NCBI GenBank assembly: GCA_951406725.2
Contig: OX597817.1
Span: forward strand, 173,352,001-173,416,000
From: Octopus vulgaris
Lineage: Eukaryota
Length of the DNA: 64,000 nucleotides
Direction: 5' to 3'
Shown here: in pieces, positions 11,936 through 24,100 of the stretch
Numbering within the stretch: position 1 is the first letter of the stretch
Layout: every line of letters begins with the position of its first letter
Notes under the pieces: model-generated
What the model was told of the DNA's origin: nothing
What the model saw: the letters and a program-made list of their open reading frames with translations, nothing else
The model's database searches: none
Translations under genes and position numbers: made by a program

Positions 11936-12716
11936 AACATGCTAAAAAAAATAGAGATTAGTAAAATAAGAACAAAACAGAAATAAGGACTAGGATCAGT
12001 ATGAGGGGGTGAGAACTTCCAAAAATTGTGCTCCAGTATGGCCATAATCCAGTAAATGAAACTAGTAAAGAATAAAACTGATGGCTTAGAGCAGTTGTTT
12101 CTTCTCATCATACACCATAAAAGAAAATGGTTATGGTATAACCTACTCGTATTCAATCACCCTCAACATGCAAGAATTTATTGTACTTCTTTGCAGTAAT
12201 ATTCCTGACCTGTTGCACCAATTTCTACCCTCCAACCTGTTTTTGTATACCTAGAGGTTATTATAGTGGTGGCTACAGCAAAGAGAGGCCTGAAGGATGT
12301 GATCACTTGGAGCATAACAGTCGTTCTTCTGCACTTATCTTTCATAGTATGTATCCCAGATGTGTTTAGGAAGGTCAACAAGGTTATTCATGATGCTCTT
12401 GTTGGTGTGTGCTTGTCAGGGCTGTGTAGAGGGGGAATGTCGTAAGGAAGCTATTACAGTAGTGTCCTGGAGAGGCAGCTGATTCAGTAAATGACTGTAC
12501 ACAGAGTGACAGAGATTGGCACTTGCTGTATCGAGCACATATTGATAGTTGTATTTCAAGTAGGATGGTTTTAATAGAATTTTTTTTATCAGTAGATGAA
12601 AGAATCTTCCCCTCTTGTGCATTTATTAATACTTCTTCAAATAGGTTATAAGTCATCTAATATATTAATGTAAATAGAAATAGAAATTCCTTTGTACCAT
12701 ACTTATTGACCATTAA

Positions 12717-12903
12717 CCCTTTTGATACCAACCAGCTTCAGACTGTCCTTGGCTCCACAGTACAAACTTGGAGTTTTAAAAAGATCTCAATTAAAATTTT
12801 CTTTTAATTAATGACCCAAACACCAGTTAATAATTACAAAGTTATTTTCAAAATTAATAGAAGCAAAATCAGTTTTTTTTATAGAAATATGGCAACAAAA
12901 GTG
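12717..12903. mobile_element. Second TTAA-flanked MITE family
   Basis: ttaa|CCCTTTTGATACCAACC ... ggcaacaAAAGTG|ttaa; related degenerate copy at ~2265-2460. Confidence 0.6.
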
Positions 12904-13199
12904 TTAAAGTGCATAACACAGATTAATCTAAGTCAAAAACCCTTTGCAACTAAATGATTCATCTGAAGTTAAACGTGTCTTCCCCATCAATTTAATCTGT
13001 CACATCTGCCAAACAATAACAAATGAAGTCATCTAGCTTTCATTTTCGTTTTTTTTTTTTGTTTTTTTTTGCTAAATATGTAAAATTATCCAAGTGTTTC
13101 CACAGAAGAAAAAAAGAAAAGACCACAACATTAAGCAAGAAAGAATATATGAAGTTTTTAATATATCAAACCAATATTTAAAAAGAAAAAGAAAAATAA

Positions 13200-13763
13200 A
13201 TGACAAGAGCTTAATTGTAATAGCATTTATTTCAGGTCAATGGTACAGCTATAATGCAAAAGCTTCAAAGGAAACATGGTCATGCTGTTTGATATGAGAG
13301 TTTTTTATGTCTATTTAGGAACAAACCCATACCTAAACCAACAGACATCTACATGTGATGACCAAACACACCTACAAAACAGCCAAACACCATTCAAGAA
13401 ACCCTAAATTCAGCTATTAAAAATGAGCCCCATCCTCTCTGCTTTATGAACTGTCAGTAAATCCAAATCAGTATTATAATATAAGATATAATAGATTGTC
13501 ATATAGGAGTTATGTATGGTTTCAGTTTAGAATCAAAATGTACAAACGTTAATAATAGAAAAATAATTGCCTAAATAACGTGTAAGTTACATTAATTAAG
13601 TTGTTAACATTTACAAAATTAGAAATACAAAAACATAATAATTAGCTGGCATATTAATTGTTAAAAATTGAATCAACAAACAAAATAATTCATTTGGTGA
13701 CTGGTATTTAATTTTATAGGATGGTGCTTGTTTTGTGTGTAGAGTACAAATGTATGTGTGTAG

Positions 13764-13802
<39 letters not shown>

Positions 13803-16082
13803 TATCATTTATAATCTTTAGACAGTGAAAAAGAAAGAAAAACAAATGGACAACAAAAGGCTTTTAATTATACTTTATCTCTGGATGGAAATTTTTTCAG
13901 TAATTTTATTGTTATCCATAAGTGATTATACAAACTGAAGTGGTTTAATATAGCAGAAGACCTGAGCACAAAATTAAATACATAAAATGTGCAATAATTA
14001 ATTAGTGGGTTACTAAGCACAATTCTGGAAAAAAGATTTTTTTTTTTCCTTTTTACAAAATAGGTTAGAGACTGATAGCAAGTTAATTATCGACAGAACT
14101 ACAACATTAACTGGATAGGGAAGCTGGCCCCAACAGTTAACAGAAAAACTGGCCAAGCTAATGGAAATGTTACAAGTTATTGGAAAACATTAAAGCTGCT
14201 TAAATTGTGGTTTTAGCAAGATAACTAATAGATTATACGGATAATATAACATGTGGAAATATAAAAGATCATCCAGCTCAGGTGTACATAGCAGAAAAAT
14301 TTGGCACTCCAAAAAAAGGAAACCAGTTTTCCACAACGTTAGAACTTGAGATAAAGTATCATTAACAATCTAATACTTAGCTTGATAAACCAAAAAAAAA
14401 AAAAAAAAAAAAAAAGGAAAAGAAAAAAAACAAAAAAAAATTAAAAGGGGGAAAATTTACCATATTGCCAAGTAATTTCTTAATCTGTCTGTTATATTTC
14501 CCTATTTTTTTTCCTGAAATATTTTCACTGTTTTGTTTGTTTTCATTTAGGCACAGGATATATTGAAAATAAAATACAAAGAAAAAAAAATATCCTGAAA
14601 ACTAGTTGCTAAGGATACTGAAGATTCCTTACCTGAACCTTTAATTAGAGAAAATATTGATGTAATCATCATTTGAAATTAATCTATGTGATCAATAATG
14701 AAGCTGCCACAAGTTAGTTTCTTCACAGAAATTACATAAGTTTTTGTGTCTAACTCAATGTAAAAAAGATTGAAGATTTTTAATTTAAATGATAAATAAG
14801 ATTACAGATTGAAAGTATAAAAAAAAAACATGAAAACTGATATTTTAAAGGGACTTTATTCAATCATTAAAAAAAAGAGAGGGAGAGAGAGAGAGAGAGA
14901 ATGAAGAAATGAAAGAACTATGCAGTAGAGAAATGTCTTTATTTTAATACAGTAAAACTACTATTTAGGTTTTAAACCCATCTAATTGAAATTGTTCAGC
15001 TATACATATTAAGGGAGAATTAGTTTTTACTTGCTAATACTTATGTAATTGATTTGAAAGCTGAAATAACGTTGCAATCAGGATACAAAATTCAAACCTT
15101 GATAGGAGTAATATAATTTTTAATATAACTAAATCAAAAAATATAAATCTTATTATTTGAAAGAAGAATGTAGTCAACTGAAGTAATTAAAGCAACATCT
15201 AATAGTTTTTGGGTTGTTGTTGTTTTTTTTTTTCTTTGAATAAAGACAAGAATTTTTGATGGAATATAATAAAGAGCAATAATATTAAATTCACCACAAG
15301 AGTTTATATTAGATTCTAGAACCCACAACAAACAAGATTTTTAACAGCAGCTGTCAAATGGATATGGTAATTTTAATTTAAAATAATATTTGATCAGACT
15401 ACTGAACTGGTTTTAATATGGGCAAGTTAGATGAATAGAGTTAAATTAATATTTATAATTTTGTATTTTTTTGTTTTCAAAAGAGGGTGGGGTGAAAGGA
15501 AAATTATCTTGGCATTTACTATTTATTTCTGAAGGAAGGATGGGAAAAAGAAAGAAATCGAACTGGTTAGGTAAAATTAGAATTATTTCCCCATGTTCAC
15601 AGCAATTGCTTAAATTTGTCATTGTAATGAATAATAAAAGTAATTGTAATCTTATCTTTAAAATGACTCAAATGATAAGAGGGGCAGGAGACAGAACACA
15701 AGAACATGCTCTGAATAGGTAAAAAGCCAATAGGAGGAAGGCTGATAATATTGGGAAATATAACTTCGTTAATGTCTTTGAATTTGAACAAAGGGGATTT
15801 TTTTTGGAAATTTTTGTTGTTTTTGTTTTTTACATATTTTTGTTACATTTTTTTTAAAGAACACCACCCCCGCCCATCCTAACAAACAATATTAATATCT
15901 CTTCATATCAGTTTATCCACACGATTGAGGGTTCCTGTTGCCTAAGCTGGTAAAATTTGCACATAAGGTTGCTTTTCTCTTTCAGTGGGCATGAATGGCA
16001 ATGGTATCATTGTAATAGTATTTGTCAGCACCACCATGTTGAGGAGCCACTGGATATAAGTTGAGATCAGTCACAGCTGTGG
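13200..16082 (-). other. VAP: Probable VAP 3'UTR with several polyadenylation signals
   Basis: AU-rich stretch after the stop with no recognisable TE. Minus-strand AATAAA at 14938-14943, 14855-14860, 13905-13910 and 13226-13231; the last is followed by U-rich sequence. Confidence 0.55.
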
Positions 16083-16268
16083 TTACAGCAGCAACTTGCC
16101 CAGAAAGAGCCCAAGTAGAAGAGCTGCGAGGAGATAAACAGCGGGATGAAGTGGGCCTCCTTGAAAGCTGGCTTGTACTGATGAAGATGATGGCTGGCTA
16201 GAATTATAGCTTGGTGTGGAACTTAGAGTTTCTGTCATGGCAACCTTACGCAGACGTACGCTTTCATC
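16083..16268 (-). CDS. VAP: VAP last coding exon, C-terminal transmembrane anchor
   Basis: ctgttgcag| acceptor; DESVRLRKVAMTETLSS...HPAVYLLAALLLGLFLGKLLL*. Hydrophobic tail with GxxxG (GLFLG); TAA at 16083-16085. Confidence 0.95.
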   Translation of the reverse strand, partial: DESVRLRKVAMTETLSSTPSYNSSQPSSSSVQASFQGGPLHPAVYLLAALLLGLFLGKLLL

Positions 16269-16922
16269 CTGCAACAGAATGCAAACATTTACTAAATTAT
16301 ACATTTGAAAAGAGCATCAAAGAGAAAAACAGAATAATTCTAAGTATAAAACACAGCTATTTAAACAGAATTAAATGATATCGTTGTCGTTAGTTAATGA
16401 AACAATAGACTCAAATTTGTTTTTTTCCATTTTTACTTTGTTTCTGAATGAGAAGATTGTAAGAGAAGCTTTTTTGGAGTAAAACAGGAAATCTGGAAGA
16501 GTTCATTATAAAGCAAATACTTTCTTAATTTCTAAGTCAGTAATCCGAGGAAATATGTTGGTATAAAGGAGATTCTAATGTGAGACATGAACAGGAAGAA
16601 ATTACACATTATTGGTGGAAGAGAGGTATATAGAGCGGAGTTGGCAAGAAACTGTAAAGCAAGTGCAGAGAATAGCTCGGAGTTGGGTTGGGATGAAGCC
16701 AATATATATATACTGAAAAGCCAAAACCATCATAGTAGCAGTGATACTGATAGTTATAGTAGTGTTAACAAAAGAAAAATTCAGTTTGTCAGGATGCCAA
16801 TGACTGTAGGCAAACACACACACACAAAGTGACATGTTTGAATTCAATATGGAAAAAATATTCTGTTACGTAGGGAGAATTTTTTTTAGCCATCAAAGAA
16901 TATATTTGTGTGTGTGTGTGTG

Positions 16923-16963
<41 letters not shown>

Positions 16964-17927
16964 CTTCAGCAGCTTACAAGAAACCTTCAAAATTTTAGGA
17001 AAACTAATCTAACTCAAATCTCGTATTTTCCCAATAACAAAGGAAATTTTTTGTTGTCGAGAATTAAAAATTCAAACTAGCCATTCAGCAGTCCCCACAA
17101 CCAAGAAAAAAAAAAAACAAATGTTTCATATTCTGCAATATGAAACATTTGAAACTAAATTGGAGTGAGGTAAATAAAACATTTTGGGATGAAATATTTA
17201 ATGAAAATATCTCAAATTACTGTTAACCTCAAGTCCCATTGAGTTTCACATATTCTGGCAAGTTGCTCAACTCTAACCTTTGATCAGAGAAATTTTTGCA
17301 GAGTCCATCTCAGCCTGTGACCCCCACCCCACCCCCAAATGGTAGGGTGTGAATGAAGAGGAATTTGGCTGCTATTTTTAGCAGGTCAAACAACTGCATA
17401 GAAGTCCCTTCTTTGGTACTGGTACAGTTTTCTATTTAGTGTTACTTCAAAGCATTGACATATTCTTAGAATTACAAATAATTTTTCAGGTCAAAGGACA
17501 CAATTTTACTTTCACTTTTGTTCTAAACATTTTATAAATCATCAGTGATTGAACTGTCATCTTTTCACTGCATATGTATTTCTATTTACTCCCCCACCCC
17601 CCATCATCCCTACATTTAATATGCTGATTCTAACTTAACTATTGCTTTTCATACAGATGATGTCTCTGAATAATTCCGGGGGGAAGTGCCCCTAAAATTT
17701 GCTAATTTTCCATTTGTTCATTTTTACGTCCATTTTCCCATGCTAGTATGAATTAGACAGGTATATAATTAAGGCATTGCTTTATACCCAAATGACCTTT
17801 CTGTTGCTAACACCTGTTTTTCAGGTAAGGAATTTCTTATTTCACTTGTTAGTTGCCTATTTCTTACAAAAATATTTATCACTCATCTCAGCTATTTCAA
17901 AGATAATAAATAAATAAAAATACTTAC

Positions 17928-18026
17928 TCTCAGCTGATTATTTTCATCTTTAAGCTGATTCATTTCCATTATCAACCTTTTATTGCTTTCTGATGCTTTC
18001 TGCAATTCAGCTTCTACATTATTGAT
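17928..18026 (-). CDS. VAP: VAP coding exon 6, coiled coil
   Basis: 99-nt phase 0-0 exon, ctttcttttcag| and |gtaagt. Translates INNVEAELQKASESNKRLIMEMNQLKDENNQLR, resembling the VAP KRL..E...L.EEN..LR coiled coil. Confidence 0.93.
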
Positions 18027-18056
18027 CTGAAAAGAAAGTTTCAAAAATAAAAAATG

Positions 18057-18057
<1 letters not shown>

Positions 18058-18113
<56 letters not shown>

Positions 18114-18118
18114 TATAT
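18058..18118. repeat. (TA)n microsatellite just upstream of the VAP exon 6 acceptor
   Basis: Directly visible. Confidence 0.95.
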
Positions 18119-18576
18119 TTCTGCTGTTTCCCTAATACACCATTCGAGACATTAAACTAACTTTCCTCATTGTTAATTTAAGGAATGAAAAATAAAACCT
18201 TTTCCCAATAAAATTACTCTTTAGAGAATTGAAACAAACTCAGTTGATTTGTTCATAAATGTAATTACAGATTCTAGAAAAAGCTGCCAGATACTTTGAA
18301 CAACATCAACTGGCTATCCAACCACATGTGTTGAACCTTGTAATTGAAACTGCTTAATAACCTAAAATTTTTTGCTTTGAATGACAAAAGAATTACCAAT
18401 TATCATTGATTTTGTTCTAATTGTGCCACCTCGTAATAGTTATCAATAAGAAGATGTTAATCATGACAAATTTGTATTTCAAAGTAATTTTCTGGCACTC
18501 TAGCATGGCCACAGCTAAAATCCACAAAAATTGTTGTGTGCTTGCCATTCCTAAGATGACCAACAGCAAATTAAAA

Positions 18577-18740
18577 CCTTTAGCATTTAAACTGGTCATA
18601 TCCAGCCTATCATACCTACCCTACAATGTCATTCTAAAAACAAGCAATCACATTGAAATCTCAAGGCTATGAGATAATGCCTGATTAATTCAAAATAATG
18701 TGAATAAATAAGAATCCCATTTGACAGTAATGCTAAATGG
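18577..18740. mobile_element. Same piggyBac-type MITE with internal deletion
   Basis: cctttagcatttaaactggtcatatcc...cctacaatgtcattctaaaa...catttgacagtaatgctaaatgg; same orientation as the 20938 copy. Confidence 0.75.
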
Positions 18741-19587
18741 TTATGCTAAAATGAACATAGTAACATTACTTTTCGGGTTCATAAGAATTTCAGTAAATCT
18801 ACTCCTTGTTCCATAAAACCTGGTTCATTTACCATCTTCATTGTCATCAAATCAGTGTTAATTCTTTTAATTTCACAGAGTTCAGACTTCTGCAACTTCT
18901 ATTAAAAAAATAAATTTTCTACCACACTACTGCATTTTCAACAAGCATGTCCTTTCAATATCATTGGAATATTTGGATGCATTTCAAGAACAGATTAGGT
19001 CAACACGATATAGTTAATTCTATATCGTGACAGTCCTAAAACACGTTCATATTTTTTTTAAAAATTAGAATTAAAACATATCTACAATTATGATTTTAAA
19101 AGATGGAAATGGAAAACATTTTCTTATTTTTATCACTGCATTTTGTTAAATAATTGTTAAAGATACGCGTAAAATTTGGTCAGTAACTTTAGTGAGGTAG
19201 AAAATGAATAAATAATATAGATATTGGATTATCTAAGCAAAAAGTTTTTGAGGATTATGTCAGTACAAAGTGTAGTTAAGTTTTATCATCATTTGTTATA
19301 TAAGCCATACGTATAAATGGGAATAAACTATCTTGCTCTATTTATATGCACACGCATTACAATGACTCCCTTGGTTCATGCCATTATCACCAACATGATG
19401 ATCTTACAAGTGTTATGTAAACAATTATAAAATCATAATGTAGCATATTTAGAACAGAAGAATCCCGTAAATCAGGTTAAACAATAACAGAGCTGAAATA
19501 AAATATTACATGTAAACATTTAGTAAGAAAGAAAAAAAAATTATTTCACTAGTTGTTCATTTTCTCTTGAGTAACTCATTGACCTAC

Positions 19588-19594
19588 CTCGGTA
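19588..19594 (-). CDS. Candidate 7-nt VAP microexon
   Basis: Pyrimidine-rich upstream sequence, ggcccttttctttcag|TACCGAG|gtaggt; both splice sites close to consensus. No transcript evidence. Confidence 0.4.
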
Positions 19595-20654
19595 CTGAAA
19601 GAAAAGGGCCAACTTAAATTATTTAGAATGCGAGAGGAAATAAAAACCAAGTGAATAGGATGATTTTGTACGATCTATCATGATTGACAATCAGAATGAA
19701 GTTGTGTCAATCAACACTTTTACAGCTGTGAATAATATATGGCAGTTCTTAAAACTTATCAGGTGATGCAACATCAGCTTATACAGTATATAATTGCTAA
19801 CATAAATTTAATGCCATTCAATAATAAATTAATTATTGATGTTAATAACTCATGCTGGGATAACAATGAAACACACTATGGGTAGGTTTCTGACATCTAA
19901 ATGCTAAATTCATAAATTAGATTGCATGAACTTTATACTTTGCACAGCATTCAAAAATTACTCCAAACATTTTTTATCAATTCCTGTACACAATCTCATA
20001 TGAAAATTACACCATACTCAATCAAACAATAGCTTACTTTCTAAAACTTTACAAAAATAGGAGGGATAAGTCCTAGATCACTAAAATTGTTTACAATAAA
20101 TTTCCTAATATAGACAAATGTATAATACAGTGATCCTTTTTTTTCTAGAATTCACTGCAACAAAAGGATATTATCACATATACTGAAAAGGAAGTCGTAA
20201 ATGAAATTTTTCACTAGAATGGGTTTAGAAATTCATACAGTATTTAGGAATCAAAATACAACATTCTGCTAAGGTAACTTTATTGATGCTTGTACATTTT
20301 TGTAGAAAACTGGAAAAGTTCAAGATTTCAAGGAAGCAAATGCTAATAATCAAGTTACAAATCTGATGGAGATAGTCATTAAAAAAACTATTCTTAGAAA
20401 GTAATCAGACAGCACTTTGCAACATGGCTCTGCTCCAGATTGCAAGAAAAGATTTACTTTATTAATATTGGGAAAACTGTAAGAGATAATAGGAAAATAA
20501 CTATTTTGTCTTAGTTAAATAACAGAACATATCCAAAAGGATTACTCTTTACAGTGAAGAAGCCTTGTGCAAAATGCACATTTTTCGATTCTTAAATTCA
20601 AGATGTAAGCCATTTTGTACTCAACTGCCTGTCCAAGTGCACTTAGACATTTCA

Positions 20655-20869
20655 CCCTTTAGCATTCAGATTATTCTGTCATATGTAACGCTTGTTTTAT
20701 TCAGTTTTCAATTAATTATATATTATTTCATAGCTGTGAGATTTCAATGATGTGATTGCTTATTTTTAGAATGATATTGTAGAGGAGGTGTGAGAGGCTG
20801 GACCTAGCCATTTTGAACATAGAACAGGTACACTATTCAGGCCTGATATGGCCAGTTTAAATGCTAATG
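20655..20869. mobile_element. Same piggyBac-type MITE, inverted relative to 20938-21154
   Basis: Starts CCCTTTAGCATTCAGA; its reverse complement aligns with the 20938 copy. Confidence 0.8.
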
Positions 20870-20937
20870 TGCACCGTTCATTATTATCAGACTATTTGGA
20901 AACTACATGCTTCTTTTAGGTAAAGACATACTTTTAA

Positions 20938-21154
20938 CCCTTTAGCATTTAAACAGGCCATATACGGCCAAAAGTATTCTGCCTGTTTTATGTTCAAACT
21001 GGCCAGATCTGGTCTCTCACACCAAACCTACAGTATCGTTTTAAAAATTAACAGCCAACTCATCAAAATCTCATAGCTACAAGATAATGCATGATTAGTT
21101 CAAAACAAAGAGGATGAAAAAGAATTTGGGTAGAATAATGCAAACACTAAAGGG
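20938..21154. mobile_element. piggyBac-type MITE with TTAA target-site duplication
   Basis: ttaa|CCCTTTAG ... CTAAAGGG|ttaa (TSDs at 20934-20937 and 21155-21158), non-coding, ~217 bp. Confidence 0.85.
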
Positions 21155-24100
21155 TTAAAGTAGCAACACATAAAAGTGCTCAATTCCAACTTTTGAACAC
21201 GTATTTCTCTCAACTGGTATTCGGAGATTCTGGTAGACGTTATCTAAAAACACCAAATACTTCGTGTTGAAGTAAAAAAACTTTACAATGAAGGATATTT
21301 TAAAGCTAATGCTAATATTTAAAAGATAAAAACACATCTAATGCATTGTTGTTGAAATCTAATGAAACAAAGAATAAATTTGACAATTTAATAATTTAAA
21401 GTAGAAATCATTATCATTGTGATATCTTCACGTCTAGATTTCTATATTGGTAACCATTTCACAAAAAAAGCTCTAACCCAGTTCTTGTATATTTGGTCAC
21501 TTCAGCTAGGGGTCCAACTTCCTTAAATAATACTTAACTACATAATTCCAGGTCATCTTTGGCCAACACCAACAAAACACTGGCAGCAACTTGATAGCTT
21601 CTCAAACCTAGTTTATGTCATAACTTATATAAAGCCAAATCAAGGCAATAATAAAAATATTCTCAACACAAGTCTCTAAAATTCAAGTTACAAATCTGGC
21701 AAGCTAATGTTAACTCATCTTACTTGGTCTTCTAATCAAGTTTATGACCAAACTTTTAAGGGACAAAAATATATATAGTTAATATACAGTTTATGTAGTG
21801 CCTCAGATATCCAAGAATTAAATTGGTTAGATAAGATTTGAATGTTACATAATGCAAGTTATGACACAAACTAGGTTAAAAGCTATCAAGTTGGTGCTTG
21901 ATTTCAACTGGTATTGACTAAAGGTAACATGAAATGATGTAGTTAAATGTTTATTTCGTTTCAGTAAATTACTTTTCTTGTTCTAGTAAGCCAACAGAAC
22001 CCACCCCGTTCCCAAGTCATTACTTAAGGACAGACATAAACTTCCTATAATGGATATCATGGCTTACATAATAAAATAAGTAGCTATGCAACTTTTATTG
22101 GCACAACTTTGATAGTCTCTTCTCAACATTTTACATTTTTATAGGTTGAGTAAATCTGTAAATTTTGTTCTATGGAAGTGCATTTACCCATAAGTTCAGT
22201 AACTGCTACATGGAAGTAACTTTATAATTCCTTGTATGTAACATATGAAGCCAGAATTCTCATAACTAACAACAATCAAGGAAATCTTTTGTAACACTTA
22301 AAATCTCTCTTATATAAAAAAACCTTCACATACAAACCTAAAATGAATTAAAGCATTATTTCAAGCATACTTTAGAATGTACTTAATATAAATAACTATG
22401 CTTTCTCTATAAACACAAGTTTATATGACATACAAACATTTCACTGAACTAAATAGAAATAGAAATAATAGGAACATGCAGTCCTGAAAAGATGAAAAGC
22501 AATTTGGAAGTTTCTTGCACTATAAAACAAAACAAATGCTAATTTAGTTTTTCGGTAAGCCAAGAGCAATGGATACCACATATGTCTCACAGAATGTACT
22601 AGAACAGAGCTATTCTTGAAGCAGACAAGAATTTAAGGAGCCTAGAAAACAAAACATCATATACTTCTGGACCTGAAAACATCATTTATAGCTCTAAGTG
22701 AACAGTTACCAATCATGAAGAAACATAGCTCATTACAACATTCAAGCAGACTTCTCTCATTACAATATCTAGCAAGTGATCAGTTACTAACAAGAGGAAT
22801 TTTCATTGTTAGGTGAGCCATGAAACCATAGCAGCTTTCTTTAGCAAGCTACTTGGCGCTATTTTAAACTTTTGTCATAGCAACACTTTTAGCTGTTGTT
22901 AGAATAAAGAGGTAGAACTGCAAATAAATTTAAGTAAAAAAAAAAGAAAGAAAGTACATTCAAGTATGAAGAATGTTATATTACAACAGAACCAATTGTT
23001 TTATTTATTTATGGTAAAGTGTTGCTGGGGCAAAAAGGAAGACAATCTTGTTCATTGCAATTTATGATAAATATTTAAAAACTGAACTCTTTGTTGGTCA
23101 TTAAAGCCTAGAGATTGTTCTTAACTTCAGTTTTTGTAATGTTAAGCGGATGAGAGAGATTCTCTTAAACAGGGTGCTTATTCTATTGTAGGCAACATCT
23201 TAGAAAGCCTGGTGCCTTTTCAGCTATAAATGAACTGAAGCAAGTAAATTATCTTTTCCAGAGAAAAACAACAAAGAAACACATGCAGTGAAATAGAAAC
23301 TTCTTAGTCAGGAGCCAGTTGCCTAGTACCTTAATACTTTACCAATTTCGACTGTTGTAATGGGAATAGGTATTTAATCATGTCTGAAAGTTACAAGCTT
23401 TCAGCATACAAATAACTAAAATTCAGATTTCTAATTAAGAGCTCATTTCTCATCATAACTTCACCAAACACAAGGTGAATATTTTGACCCTTCAGGCTAC
23501 AGCACTAATTTAGCAGAACACAAGGATATAATTTATCAATCTACAGACATAAAGAACACTGCCATCATTGGAAGTGCGTTGATAGTTAAACTGTTTTTTT
23601 TTAAATAATTAAAATTTAATTTGTTCAGCATACTGCATTTAAAACACAAAACAGTATCAAATATCACAAACATCAATTTCCATCCCTTTCTCCATGCTGA
23701 CATGGTTTAGACAATAGTATCTTGTTACTTGTCACATGATACATATACCAGCAGAGAAGACTATCATTGAAGAGTATATCATGTCTTACAGTTGAATGCC
23801 CCTCCTATCATCAACCACTTTCCAACAGGGACTAGGCACATTTTACTAGCACTAAAGATACCTGTAGTTAAAGAAAAAGGAGTATTAAGCTACTAAGAGC
23901 AGCTGCATTAATGGCAGCAGGGCCTGCATTGCCATTTTTGGGAAAGGGGTGGCAGGGTGGGTGCACAAGTTATCGGTTTCGTTATTATTATTATCATCTA
24001 ACACTAATGTGTAATATAAGTCAAATTTTAAAATTAGTAACATCATGCTAGGCTCTAACTCAGGTGTCCAGAAGCTTGTTTCACAATCCCATGGTTCCAG

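Noticed and set aside
19588-19594. DTE from microexon joins resembles the DTE before the vertebrate VAP coiled coil
   Set aside because: Anchoring on KRL aligns vertebrate DTE with EAE in exon 6, so this is not evidence of homology.
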